A stretch of DNA of 64,000 nt. It comes from an uncultured Nitrospiraceae bacterium (GTDB lineage: Bacteria > Nitrospirota > Thermodesulfovibrionia > Thermodesulfovibrionales > Dissulfurispiraceae). The notes under the pieces were generated by a model, which had not been told where the DNA came from, made no database searches, and was given only the letters and a program-made list of their open reading frames with translations. This document shows, in pieces, positions 1 through 8,676 of the stretch. The number at the start of each line of letters is the position of its first letter. Positions within the stretch are counted from its first letter, which is position 1. The DNA lies in assembly GCA_963727805.1 (NCBI GenBank), contig CAVSHF010000003.1:1344001-1408000 (forward strand). Direction: 5' to 3'. Made by a program: the position numbers and the translations under genes.

Positions 1-65
1 GGAATGGCGATGAGCATAGCTATTGTCGAAAGCTGGGTAATCCTGCGCAGAAGCCTTATCCTCAT
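1..65 (-). CDS. napH: NapH-like membrane ferredoxin, 5' fragment (runs off the window)
   Basis: Read by hand: ATG at 65 overlaps the napG TGA (ATGA) and gives MRIRLLRRITQLSTIAMLIAIP..., the RR-x-x-Q start typical of NapH/MauN. Position follows napG. Confidence 0.75.
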   Translation of the reverse strand, partial: MRIRLLRRITQLSTIAMLIAI

Positions 66-541
66 TTGTCAGCCTTTGCCTTCACAATAATTGCTGCGGG
101 ATCGACAGGACAAACATTCTCACATATTCCGCAACCAACACATTTTTCCTGATCGACTACAGGCCTCAATTGATCATCCATGATAATCGCCTCGTTGAAG
201 ATCGGGCAGTTCTCGTAGCAACTCCTGCAGAGTATTCCCTGCCATGGCAAACAGGTCTTCTTGTCGATAATCGCCGTTCCCATCCTGACATTCTGCATAC
301 GCGCTAACTCGCGGTCCAGGGCCCCCGATGGACAGACTGGAGGACACTTCATGCAGAGATAACACGGGATTTCGCGGGCCCTGATGTAAGGAGTCCCCAT
401 CATCGACAGCCCGTCGAGAAGGCTTACGACTATTATCGACCGATACGGGCAGACCTGTGCGCACTTTCCGCACCGGATGCAAGAGCCAAGAAATTTCCTC
501 TCACCCTGCGCTCCGGGCGGCCTCAGAGGCTTTCTACTCAT
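62..541 (-). CDS. napG: NapG/MauM-type polyferredoxin (4 x [4Fe-4S])
   Basis: LRPPGA motif; CIRCGKCAQVCP, CYLC..CPPVCP, C..CRSCYENCP, CVGCGICENVCP; inside the nap operon. Confidence 0.88.
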   Translation of the reverse strand: MSRKPLRPPGAQGERKFLGSCIRCGKCAQVCPYRSIIVVSLLDGLSMMGTPYIRAREIPCYLCMKCPPVCPSGALDRELARMQNVRMGTAIIDKKTCLPWQGILCRSCYENCPIFNEAIIMDDQLRPVVDQEKCVGCGICENVCPVDPAAIIVKAKADK

Positions 542-761
542 CGATCGAAGAATAGACTGGATAAACTCCCACCACTCCTTCCAATGTCTGCATATTTCTT
601 ATACTCTCTTCTATAACACCTATCGAGTCGCCATCCATAACAACAACAATCTGGTTTTCTTTGACTCCGTACACACTCACTTCAGGCATCTGAGCGAGGA
701 TCCCTAATACAGCCCCAATCAAACCCTCTTCGGTTTCTACTACGGCACTTGCGATCGGCAT
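534..761 (-). CDS. napD: NapD Tat-proofreading chaperone
   Basis: 75 aa, MPIASAVV...IVVVMD...LEGVVGVYPVY; directly downstream of napA. Confidence 0.85.
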   Translation of the reverse strand: MPIASAVVETEEGLIGAVLGILAQMPEVSVYGVKENQIVVVMDGDSIGVIEESIRNMQTLEGVVGVYPVYSSIDE

Positions 762-3079
762 TATACCTTCTCCACCCGCACCGCGCAGATCTTGAATTCT
801 GGCTGCTTCGAGAGTGCGTCAAAGGCGTCAATAGTCACTAAGTTGATGAGCCTGTTTGGGTCATGGAATGATGCATAGACAAGTCCATCCCTCGGCACAT
901 CGACGACCTTCGCTTCCATGACGACCGAACCCCTTCTTGAGGTGATCTTCACCATGTCCTTGGTCTTGACCCCGATATTTCTGGCATCCCTTGAGTTCAT
1001 CTCTAGGAACCCGTGGGGAGCTGCGCGCTTCAGTTCAGGCACGTTGTAAGTCATTGTACCGGTGTGCCAATGTTCAAGCTGCCTGCCGGTAGTAAGAACA
1101 AAAGGATAGTCTGAATCGGTGGGCTCAGCCGGGCCTTTGTGCGGCCTGAGCCAGATGGTTGCCCGGTTTCCATCAACCTTTGCCCCGTAGAATGACACAT
1201 CCTCGGCCTGGGGATCGAACTTTTTCACGAGAGGGTCACCATATTTTGCAGTGTATCGCCTTGCTGTGCCGGTGCTGTCTTCCGTCGGCACAGGCCATTG
1301 CATTCCATGGGCCTTCCTGAGACGCGCCCTTGTCATGCCCTTGAAATCGTAGGCCGTCCCTTTAGAGGCCATGCGTATCTCGTTCCAAACATCTTCAGTG
1401 CCCTTGTATGCGAAAAGTTTCTTTGCTTCAGCGTCTCTCCCGAGGGCCTTGAAAAGCCTGTTCGCAAAATCGATCATGACCTGGAGGTCAGGTTTGGCTT
1501 CTGCAGTAGGGTCTACAGCCTTTTCGAGATACTGATATCTCCTCTCAGATTGCCCATAAGTGCCATCCTTCTCGACCCATAGAGCCGCAGGCAGGACAAG
1601 GTCGGCAAGTTCAGATGTCCTCGACGGATGATAAGCCTCAGAGACGACGAGAAACGTTTCATCCGATGCCATCCCCTTACGATAGGATGCGAGATTGGGA
1701 AGGCTTTGACCAGGATTCGTGCAGGCGATCCAAAGGCATTTTATGTCACCCTTATTAAACTCCTGGAACATCTCGATCGCTGTAGGACCTGGTTTGGGCG
1801 CTATACGTCCTTTCGGAACTGACCAGAATTTCTCCATTTCCTCCCTGTCTTTGTCATTCGCAACAACCCTGCCATAGGGAAGTAAATGGCTCAGGAGCCC
1901 ACCGTCTCTGACCCCGCCGCAGGCGTTTGGTTGTCCTGTGAGCGAAAAAGACGTGGCGCCAGGCCTACATATCTGGCCGGTAATAAGATGAAGGTTGTGG
2001 ACAAGATTGTTAGCCCATACCCCTCTTGTTCTCTGATTGAGACCCATGCACCAATAGCTCGATGTTGCCTTTGACTGTGCAAACCACCGCGCTGCCTTGA
2101 TGATGTCCTCTTTCGAGCATTTTGATACTTTTTCAGCCATCTCAGGTGTATACTCGTCGAGAAACTTCACGTAGTCGTCCCATGTAGTTTTTTCGATCTT
2201 GGGCGGAGGGCCGGGGTCGATCATCTTCTTGAAAACCGTATGCTTGTCAACGAAGTTTTTATTGTAGAGGTTTTCTTTCACAATGACATGCGCCATCGCG
2301 TTCAGAATCGCAAGATCCATGCCCGGAATGAAACTCATATGAAGATCAGCGATTTTTGCCGAAAGAGTTTTCCTCGGATCGGCAACAATGATCTTTACGT
2401 CCTTTCCCTTCTGCTTTCTTTCATTGACTATCCTAAATATGACAGGATGGGCCTCGGCCATGTTCGATCCAATGAGGAAGAAACAGTCCGCGTGATACAT
2501 GTCGTCATATGAGCCCATGGGCTCATCCTTGCCGAACGTGGAGACATATCCAACTGCTGCGGAAGCCATACAGAGACGAGGATTCCCGTCAATATTGTTG
2601 GTTCCCAGCCCACCCTTGAAGAATTTCGATATGAAGTATGACTCTTCGGTGTATGCCTGCCCCGAGCCATAGAAAGCTACTGAATTGGCACCATTTTTCT
2701 TTATCGATTCGGCGAACTTGGATACCATGAGATCCATCGCCTCTTTCCATGATATACGCTCGAACTTATTGCCTTTCCTGAGCATGGGATATTTTGCTCT
2801 GTCAGCCGCATAAAGTATCGGAGCAAGAAAATATCCTTTAATGCAGAGGAAACCCTTGTTCCAGTTGTCATTGTCACCTTTGACGCTGACAACCTTACCG
2901 CCCTTTACTCCTACATAAACCCCGCAGCCCGCGCCACAATATCTGCAGACGGCCTTGACCCACTTTTCAGCTTGTACTGCCGCCTCGATCCCCGGTGGCA
3001 ATGGCAGATCGAGTCCAATGGCCGAAGCCGCTGCAAGGGCCGCCGAGAATTTGAGCAATTGTCTTCTTGTTAATTCCAT
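761..3079 (-). CDS. napA: Periplasmic nitrate reductase catalytic subunit
   Basis: Tat signal (LTRRQLLK); CRYCGAGC...C [4Fe-4S]; DGNPRLCMASA with the Mo-ligand Cys; SLTGQPNACG; TGR..EHWHTGTMT; QPEFK. Confidence 0.96.
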   Translation of the reverse strand: MELTRRQLLKFSAALAAASAIGLDLPLPPGIEAAVQAEKWVKAVCRYCGAGCGVYVGVKGGKVVSVKGDNDNWNKGFLCIKGYFLAPILYAADRAKYPMLRKGNKFERISWKEAMDLMVSKFAESIKKNGANSVAFYGSGQAYTEESYFISKFFKGGLGTNNIDGNPRLCMASAAVGYVSTFGKDEPMGSYDDMYHADCFFLIGSNMAEAHPVIFRIVNERKQKGKDVKIIVADPRKTLSAKIADLHMSFIPGMDLAILNAMAHVIVKENLYNKNFVDKHTVFKKMIDPGPPPKIEKTTWDDYVKFLDEYTPEMAEKVSKCSKEDIIKAARWFAQSKATSSYWCMGLNQRTRGVWANNLVHNLHLITGQICRPGATSFSLTGQPNACGGVRDGGLLSHLLPYGRVVANDKDREEMEKFWSVPKGRIAPKPGPTAIEMFQEFNKGDIKCLWIACTNPGQSLPNLASYRKGMASDETFLVVSEAYHPSRTSELADLVLPAALWVEKDGTYGQSERRYQYLEKAVDPTAEAKPDLQVMIDFANRLFKALGRDAEAKKLFAYKGTEDVWNEIRMASKGTAYDFKGMTRARLRKAHGMQWPVPTEDSTGTARRYTAKYGDPLVKKFDPQAEDVSFYGAKVDGNRATIWLRPHKGPAEPTDSDYPFVLTTGRQLEHWHTGTMTYNVPELKRAAPHGFLEMNSRDARNIGVKTKDMVKITSRRGSVVMEAKVVDVPRDGLVYASFHDPNRLINLVTIDAFDALSKQPEFKICAVRVEKV

Positions 3080-3091
3080 CGTAATCCCTCC

Positions 3092-3451
3092 TTAGCGAAT
3101 TTGTTCCACGGACTTCGGCTTTAATGAGTGCCCATCGTGACAGCCCCAGCAAATCTTCAGTCTTTCTTTGTGTCCTGACGCCGCACCGGATACCTGTTCG
3201 GCGTGACAACCGGTGCATTTCTCGGGGCTTGGACGCATTATGAAATTCTTGTCAAGATCTCCGTGACAAACGACGCACCCGACACCCATAAGACCGTGTT
3301 TGCCGTCCTGCCATACCTCAGACTCTTTGTCGTGACATTCACTGCATGCTTGGTCCGGAGGCACAGCTGGGTGCTTTTTGACCACGGCCATTGACACTAC
3401 CGGTAGAAATGTCAAAATCAATAAAATGGTAATAAGTCTTTTCTTTATCAT
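3092..3451 (-). CDS. napM: Tetraheme cytochrome c, NapM-like
   Basis: Sec signal peptide plus four CxxCH motifs (CSECH, CVVCH, CTGCH, CWGCH); immediately upstream of napA; SD GGAGG. Confidence 0.8.
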   Translation of the reverse strand: MIKKRLITILLILTFLPVVSMAVVKKHPAVPPDQACSECHDKESEVWQDGKHGLMGVGCVVCHGDLDKNFIMRPSPEKCTGCHAEQVSGAASGHKERLKICWGCHDGHSLKPKSVEQIR

Positions 3452-3459
3452 GCCGCCTC

Positions 3460-3609
3460 CTAAAAAAGGATGGCGGCATTTGTGCCGCCATCCAAGTACT
3501 GTGCCTGCGCTACTTCACAACCGGTTTCGGCACCAGATGAGAAATGAAGACCGCCTGCCATAGTCAGCACAGACGCCGCGATATATACCAGAAACAACTT
3601 TTTACTCAT
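3460..3609 (-). CDS. Unannotated 49-aa small ORF (possible nap leader peptide or NapC remnant)
   Basis: AGGAG SD 6 nt before ATG 3609; MSKKLFLVYIAASVLTMAGGLHFSSGAETGCEVAQAQYLDGGTNAAILF*; hydrophobic N-terminus; TAG overlaps the napM SD. Confidence 0.55.
   Translation of the reverse strand: MSKKLFLVYIAASVLTMAGGLHFSSGAETGCEVAQAQYLDGGTNAAILF
3462..3493 (-). terminator. Intrinsic terminator-like hairpin in the nap leader
   Basis: GGATGGCGGCA-CAAA-TGCCGCCATCC (perfect 11-bp stem) followed by T6 on the minus strand. Confidence 0.7.
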
Positions 3610-3707
3610 ACCCATCTCCTCGATAATGCTTGATAATTTCCAAAAGCCTTTTCATAAAAAAGCCGCCTTGAATTACCCCTTCGAATATTGCTGAATTACT
3701 ACATAAA

Positions 3708-3736
3708 AGTATAGCTATTTCTATTGTAATCGTGAA
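3708..3736 (-). promoter_or_regulatory. Putative sigma70 promoter of the nap operon
   Basis: TTCACG-N17-TATACT on the minus strand. Confidence 0.4.
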
Positions 3737-3740
3737 TTGC

Positions 3741-3778
3741 GTAAATGTTCAGTTAATAACGGTAAATTTTCTGTTAAT
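3741..3778. promoter_or_regulatory. Helically phased direct repeats (candidate regulator operator)
   Basis: gtaaatgttcagttaat (3741-3757) and gtaaattttctgttaat (3762-3778), 15/17 identical; GTWAAT cores at 3741, 3752, 3762, 3773. Confidence 0.5.
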
Positions 3779-3832
3779 TTCAGTCTCTATAATTCGAGAG
3801 CTGGGTGTCGAGAGAAATTCTGACTTTTTCGG

Positions 3833-3862
3833 TTGACAACTGCGGGAAATATTCCCTAAACT
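3833..3862 (+). promoter_or_regulatory. Putative sigma70 promoter of argS
   Basis: TTGACA-N18-TAAACT. Confidence 0.55.
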
Positions 3863-3870
3863 TAACGGTT

Positions 3871-5511
3871 ATGGAAAAAGCGCTTCGTGCAATACTCGAC
3901 CAGGTGGTGAAGAGACTGACTGGATCGGAGCTCGGCACTATCGAGATAGAAATCCCAAAAGAGGAAGGGTTCGGAGACCTCTCGACTCCCATTGCCATGG
4001 GACTGGCGAAAGTACTCAAAAAGCCACCAAGGAAGATAGCAGAGGAGATCGTAGCCATGATCGAACCGGCAGACATCTTCGAAAGGATTGAGATCGCCGG
4101 CCCCGGATTTATAAACTTCTATTTTTCGCGGGTCTTTATCTGTAGGAAACTCATAGGACTTCTTAATAAAGGCGATTCCTTTCTTTCCGAGAACATCGGG
4201 AAAGGCAAAAAAGTGCAGATTGAATTTGTGAGCGCAAATCCCACGGGCCCTCTTCACCTCGGACATGGGAGGGGAGCTGCCTTCGGAGCAGCCCTCGCAA
4301 ACTTGCTTGCCGAGACGGGTTTCCGGATTGAAAAAGAATTTTACATCAATGATGCGGGCAGACAAGTGCGACTCCTGGGCTTATCCGTATTCGCCAAGTA
4401 TAAAGTTTTGTGCGGAAAGGAATACCCCTTCCCCGAGGAGGGATATCGGGGGTACTACATAGATGGCCTTGCAACTGAATTCAGGTCACTCTTCGGCGAA
4501 GAATTTGCCACCAAAAATTTCAATGAAGCTTCAGAAACTGTAATCGACTTTTCATATAAAAAAATGCTGGATTTAATCAGAAAAGACCTTGAGGACTTCG
4601 GGGTCTTTTTTGATACCTGGCAGAGTGAGCGGGAACTCTACAATAAGGGGGAAGTGGAAAAGGCCCTAGATGATCTGAAGGCCCGTGATTACGTTTATGC
4701 GCAAGAAGGTGCTATCTGGTTCAGATCTACGGCCTTCGGTGACGACAAGGACAGGGTCATCATCAAAAAAGATGGTGAGTACACTTATTTCGCTCCCGAC
4801 ATCGCGTATCACCGCAACAAGGTGCTCCGGGGCTTCAGTGAACTCATCGATATCTGGGGCGCGGATCATCATGGCTACGTTCCCCGGATGCAGGCGGTCA
4901 TACAAGCCCTCGGTCTTCCGAAGGAGAGCCTTCGAGTGCTGCTCGTTCAGATGGTTTCGCTTCTGAAAGGCGGCGAACCGGTCCAGATGTCAAAGCGCGC
5001 CGGCGAATTCATTACCTTAAGAGAGATCATGGACGAGATCGGTCCCGATACAACTAAATTCCTGTTCCTGACAAGAAGGTCTGATAGCCACCTGGAAGTG
5101 GATATTGAAGTCGCCAAGGCACAATCGAGCGAAAATCCCGTATTCTATGTCCAGTACGCCCATGCGAGGATCAACAGCATCTTCGAGAAGGCAAGGGAAT
5201 TGGGATTCAATATGCAGGATTCCGGAGATTTCAACGGTGAGCTATTTAACGACGAGGAGATGAAGATCGTCAAAAAAGTACTCTCATATCCCATGATGCT
5301 CAGGGGTGCTGCGCTGGCCCGCGAACCTCACCGGATAACTTTCTGCCTCCAGGAATTGGCCGGGTTATTCCATCCGTACTACCACCGGTACAGAGTTATT
5401 ACCGAAGATAACGAATTAACAAGGGCACGCCTTGCCATCTGTGCAGCTGTAGCTATCGTCCTGAAACACGGCTCGAAAATATTGGGAGTAAAAGCACCAG
5501 AGAAGATGTAG
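3871..5511 (+). CDS. argS: Arginine--tRNA ligase
   Basis: EFVSANPTGPLHLGHGR (HIGH), WGADHHGY, MSKRAG, YVQYAHARI. Start placed at ATG 3871, downstream of the promoter. Confidence 0.97.
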   Translation: MEKALRAILDQVVKRLTGSELGTIEIEIPKEEGFGDLSTPIAMGLAKVLKKPPRKIAEEIVAMIEPADIFERIEIAGPGFINFYFSRVFICRKLIGLLNKGDSFLSENIGKGKKVQIEFVSANPTGPLHLGHGRGAAFGAALANLLAETGFRIEKEFYINDAGRQVRLLGLSVFAKYKVLCGKEYPFPEEGYRGYYIDGLATEFRSLFGEEFATKNFNEASETVIDFSYKKMLDLIRKDLEDFGVFFDTWQSERELYNKGEVEKALDDLKARDYVYAQEGAIWFRSTAFGDDKDRVIIKKDGEYTYFAPDIAYHRNKVLRGFSELIDIWGADHHGYVPRMQAVIQALGLPKESLRVLLVQMVSLLKGGEPVQMSKRAGEFITLREIMDEIGPDTTKFLFLTRRSDSHLEVDIEVAKAQSSENPVFYVQYAHARINSIFEKARELGFNMQDSGDFNGELFNDEEMKIVKKVLSYPMMLRGAALAREPHRITFCLQELAGLFHPYYHRYRVITEDNELTRARLAICAAVAIVLKHGSKILGVKAPEKM

Positions 5512-5556
5512 GGAAGCTCAGCATGGTAGTCCCCCTTATAGCGCCGACATGTCATC

Positions 5557-5649
5557 TCAGACCCCTTTTTCCATTTGTACCACTGGTTTGGCGGCATAAC
5601 AGCCTCCAATGAATATAAGAAATAAAATATGCATTACTTGTTTCCCCAT
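5557..5649 (-). CDS. Candidate 30-aa small lipoprotein-like peptide
   Basis: GGAGG SD 7 nt before ATG; MGKQVMHILFLIFIGGCYAAKPVVQMEKGV*; hydrophobic core plus IGGC lipobox-like motif. Confidence 0.35.
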   Translation of the reverse strand: MGKQVMHILFLIFIGGCYAAKPVVQMEKGV

Positions 5650-5933
5650 GCCCTTGCCTCCGCAAGCGCTCTGTTCAGATGACAATTATTAAACCACCTG
5701 GTCATTATTGCCAGGCGTACATCACACTGAAGAACAGAATAGAACATACTCTGCTTAATTTCATACTATTATAATCACAACCTATATATGTATGCCCCTA
5801 TCACCACGAAATACCAGCTTGGTCTAACAAGGCATTAATGTCAAAGGACCACAAATTGCCCGATTTGCAGTGAAATGGACAATCCCGGAGATATCGCGAC
5901 ATGCTGCATGCAGATAGGGAGAAACTGGTTGGT

Positions 5934-6653
5934 CTATGCTGTCAGTATTTCGAGGGAGATCAATTCAAGCGCCCGCACCGGGTCTTCATGTTTGAGGATG
6001 CCTCTGCCCATCACGATATAGTCCGCACCCTCTTTGATAGCGGCTTGCGGGGTGGCCGTTCGATTCTGATCATCGGGGGGCACCCATGAAGGCCTAATTC
6101 CCGGCGTGACTACCAGAAAATCTTTGCCACAGGCGTTTTTGATAATAGATATTTCCTGCGGTGAGGCGACTACTCCGTCGAGGCCCGCCTGCTGGGCCAA
6201 GGAGGAGAGGTTCTTAACTTGCGACTTGACGCCGTGCTGCACGCAGAGTTCATTCTTCAGGGCGTCGCTGTTGAGGCTTGTGAGGACCGTTACACCGATC
6301 ATCTTAGGTCTTCTTAAGTTCTCTTTAAGGCACACATCGTCGACCTTGTCCTTGCATCGTTTCATCATATCCAGCCCGCCCGACGTGTGCAGATTAAACA
6401 TGTAGACGCCAAGTCGCGCTGCCGCAACAGCAGCCTTCGACACCGTATTGGGAATGTCGTGAAACTTGAGGTCGAGGAAGACCTTCTTGCCCTTATCGTG
6501 TAATTTTTCGACTATCGAAGGCCCAGTGGAAACGAAGAGCTCGAAACCGACTTTATACGTATTGATGTCGTCGCCAAGCATTTCGACTATGCCGAGTGCT
6601 TTCTCGGGCGCAGAAACATCAAGCGCTATGATGAGTTTATCTTTCCAGGACAT
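5934..6653 (-). CDS. pyrF: Orotidine-5'-phosphate decarboxylase
   Basis: LIIALD, FLDLKFHDIPNTV, VTPGIRP, DDQ.R. Confidence 0.97.
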   Translation of the reverse strand: MSWKDKLIIALDVSAPEKALGIVEMLGDDINTYKVGFELFVSTGPSIVEKLHDKGKKVFLDLKFHDIPNTVSKAAVAAARLGVYMFNLHTSGGLDMMKRCKDKVDDVCLKENLRRPKMIGVTVLTSLNSDALKNELCVQHGVKSQVKNLSSLAQQAGLDGVVASPQEISIIKNACGKDFLVVTPGIRPSWVPPDDQNRTATPQAAIKEGADYIVMGRGILKHEDPVRALELISLEILTA

Positions 6654-6675
6654 TTTTCATGTATGGGGGTGGATA

Positions 6676-7224
6676 TTATACTTTCGGAAGTGTAATTCCC
6701 TTTTGCGCTTGGTATTTCCCGGCCTTGTCTTTATACGATACCTCGCACATCTCGGCAGCCTGAAGAAAGATGATTTGAGCAATTCCTTCGTTTGCGTATA
6801 TTTTTGCGGGAAGCGTTGACGTATTTGAAATCTCTATCGTCACATGCCCTTCCCACTCAGGCTCAAGAGGTGTAACATTGACAACAAGCCCGCACCGCGC
6901 ATAGGTCGATTTGCCGAAGCAGATGACAAGCACGTCTCTTGGTATCTTGAAGTACTCCAGCGATGTGGCGAGCACAAAAGAATTAGGCGGGATAATGCAG
7001 GCATCACCTTTAAAGTCTGCAAAGCCCGCAGGATCGAATTTTTTTGGATCGACGCACGTGCTGTTGACATTAGTAAATATCTTGAACTCGTCGCCAATCC
7101 GCATGTCATAGCCGTAGGAGCTAACTCCGTATGAAATAACGCCCTGACGCCCCTGTGAGTCGCTAAAGGGCGCGATCATACCATTGCGCGCCATCTCACG
7201 AATCCACCTGTCATTTTTGATCAC
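6676..7224 (-). CDS. dcd: dCTP deaminase
   Basis: [44 protein letters not shown] start after a GGGAGG SD. Confidence 0.95.
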   Translation of the reverse strand: MIKNDRWIREMARNGMIAPFSDSQGRQGVISYGVSSYGYDMRIGDEFKIFTNVNSTCVDPKKFDPAGFADFKGDACIIPPNSFVLATSLEYFKIPRDVLVICFGKSTYARCGLVVNVTPLEPEWEGHVTIEISNTSTLPAKIYANEGIAQIIFLQAAEMCEVSYKDKAGKYQAQKGITLPKV

Positions 7225-7280
7225 AGATCCTCCCAACGGATATCAAAAAAAGGAACTGCAAATAATACGGAAAGACCGTA

Positions 7281-7553
7281 TCAGACTTCGAAAAGACTGC
7301 GGGGCTGCTCGGGCTGCAGGTCGTCGTAATCCTCAAGGGCTTCGGCGTACTCCCTGATTAGTTTCATGGAATCGAGAGCGACCGCTTCGTCTACCTTCTG
7401 GATCGCAAAGCCGGCGTGCACAAGCACATACTCACCCACCTGCGCTTCCTCGGGCAGTAATATCAGGCTGACTTCCCTTCGGGCGCCGAAGACATCAACA
7501 GTCGCAAGAAGGTTATCTATATTGATAACTTTTGAGGGGACGGCAAGACACAT
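7281..7553 (-). CDS. hypC: HypC/HybG/HupF hydrogenase assembly chaperone
   Basis: MCLAVPSKV start with Cys2; GEYVLVHAGFAI. Confidence 0.95.
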   Translation of the reverse strand: MCLAVPSKVINIDNLLATVDVFGARREVSLILLPEEAQVGEYVLVHAGFAIQKVDEAVALDSMKLIREYAEALEDYDDLQPEQPRSLFEV

Positions 7554-8032
7554 TCTATATTCCACTCCTTCAGCTTATCGATGGTCAAATCGATGACTTT
7601 CTCTATATTAGCATTAACAATATCAGACATTTCAAGGCCGAAGGTAAAATCAATGTCAGCTGGCTGCATGCCGATCAGGCAAACCTTCGACGGCATGACA
7701 CCTTTCAGCTTCGCAACCGAAAGGAGATCGGCAAGACCGATCTGATGCACGGAAAGTTTGGAAAAGATAACGGCAGGGATCTGGTCGTTTTCGAGTATCC
7801 CGATATAACCAGGCTCCCTGCCGAAATTTACCGCGTCGACTATCAGGACCCGGTCGAACTGCTCGAAAAGAGGAAGGAGGTCAAGGCCCAGCGTGCCGCC
7901 ATCGATAATCTCCAACTCCGGAGAGTAGTCATACCTCTCCTTTATCGTTGTGACCACGTGGACCCCAAGCCTCTCATCTTTAAGCAGTATATTCCCGAGC
8001 CCTAAAAGTACTGTCGACAAATTAGTGCCCAT
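7517..8032 (-). CDS. hyaD: Hydrogenase maturation endopeptidase (HyaD/HybD family)
   Basis: GLGNILLKDE, IIDGGTLG, IVDAV, SVHQ; follows the cytochrome b gene. Confidence 0.92.
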   Translation of the reverse strand: MGTNLSTVLLGLGNILLKDERLGVHVVTTIKERYDYSPELEIIDGGTLGLDLLPLFEQFDRVLIVDAVNFGREPGYIGILENDQIPAVIFSKLSVHQIGLADLLSVAKLKGVMPSKVCLIGMQPADIDFTFGLEMSDIVNANIEKVIDLTIDKLKEWNIECVLPSPQKLSI

Positions 8033-8666
8033 CCTCCATATTTTTATAGCCGCTGAATATCGAGCTCATCAAACCATTCCTCTCGATGAGGTCATTGTGC
8101 CACGAGATGTACACATGAACGATCACGAAAAGGCCAATGACCCACATGATCAAGTGGTGGACAAGCCTCAGATAGGCAACGCTCATCAGGCTCAGCGACC
8201 AGCCCCCAAGAAGCGTCCAAAGAATTCCGCCTCCAAGAGCCTCTTTATACATCGCAAAACCCGTAACGATCTCTATGATGTATAAAACAAACAGAAACAG
8301 GTACGAAAGCCCGGCCAACCCGGTATGTCCCGGATAGTGCGGCAGGTCCTTCCTGCAGAATGCATAGAACGCTGCCGTACAAACCGTGTTATCCAACCTC
8401 TCTTTCGACGTCGGGATGAACTGGTTGAGCTTCGCATACTTGTTGCCTGCAAACCACCAGTACATCCTCACTATGACGCAGACCGTAAAGAGAAAGGCCG
8501 CGACAAAGTGAACGAACCGCATGTAAGCCATGATCAGTGAATCGGCATCTCCATCCAAGAAGGGGGCGCCGATGTAAAACCCCGTTACGGATAGCACCAC
8601 GATGCTCAACGCAATCAGCCAGTGCGCCACTCGTACCGGGAACTCCCAAACATAAACTCGACTCAT
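8022..8666 (-). CDS. hyaC: Ni/Fe-hydrogenase b-type cytochrome subunit
   Basis: YVWEFPVRVAHW, RFVHF, RLVHH, IVHVY, SSIFSGYK; four TM segments. Confidence 0.95.
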   Translation of the reverse strand: MSRVYVWEFPVRVAHWLIALSIVVLSVTGFYIGAPFLDGDADSLIMAYMRFVHFVAAFLFTVCVIVRMYWWFAGNKYAKLNQFIPTSKERLDNTVCTAAFYAFCRKDLPHYPGHTGLAGLSYLFLFVLYIIEIVTGFAMYKEALGGGILWTLLGGWSLSLMSVAYLRLVHHLIMWVIGLFVIVHVYISWHNDLIERNGLMSSIFSGYKNMEDGH

Positions 8667-8676
8667 GGCGGCCTCC

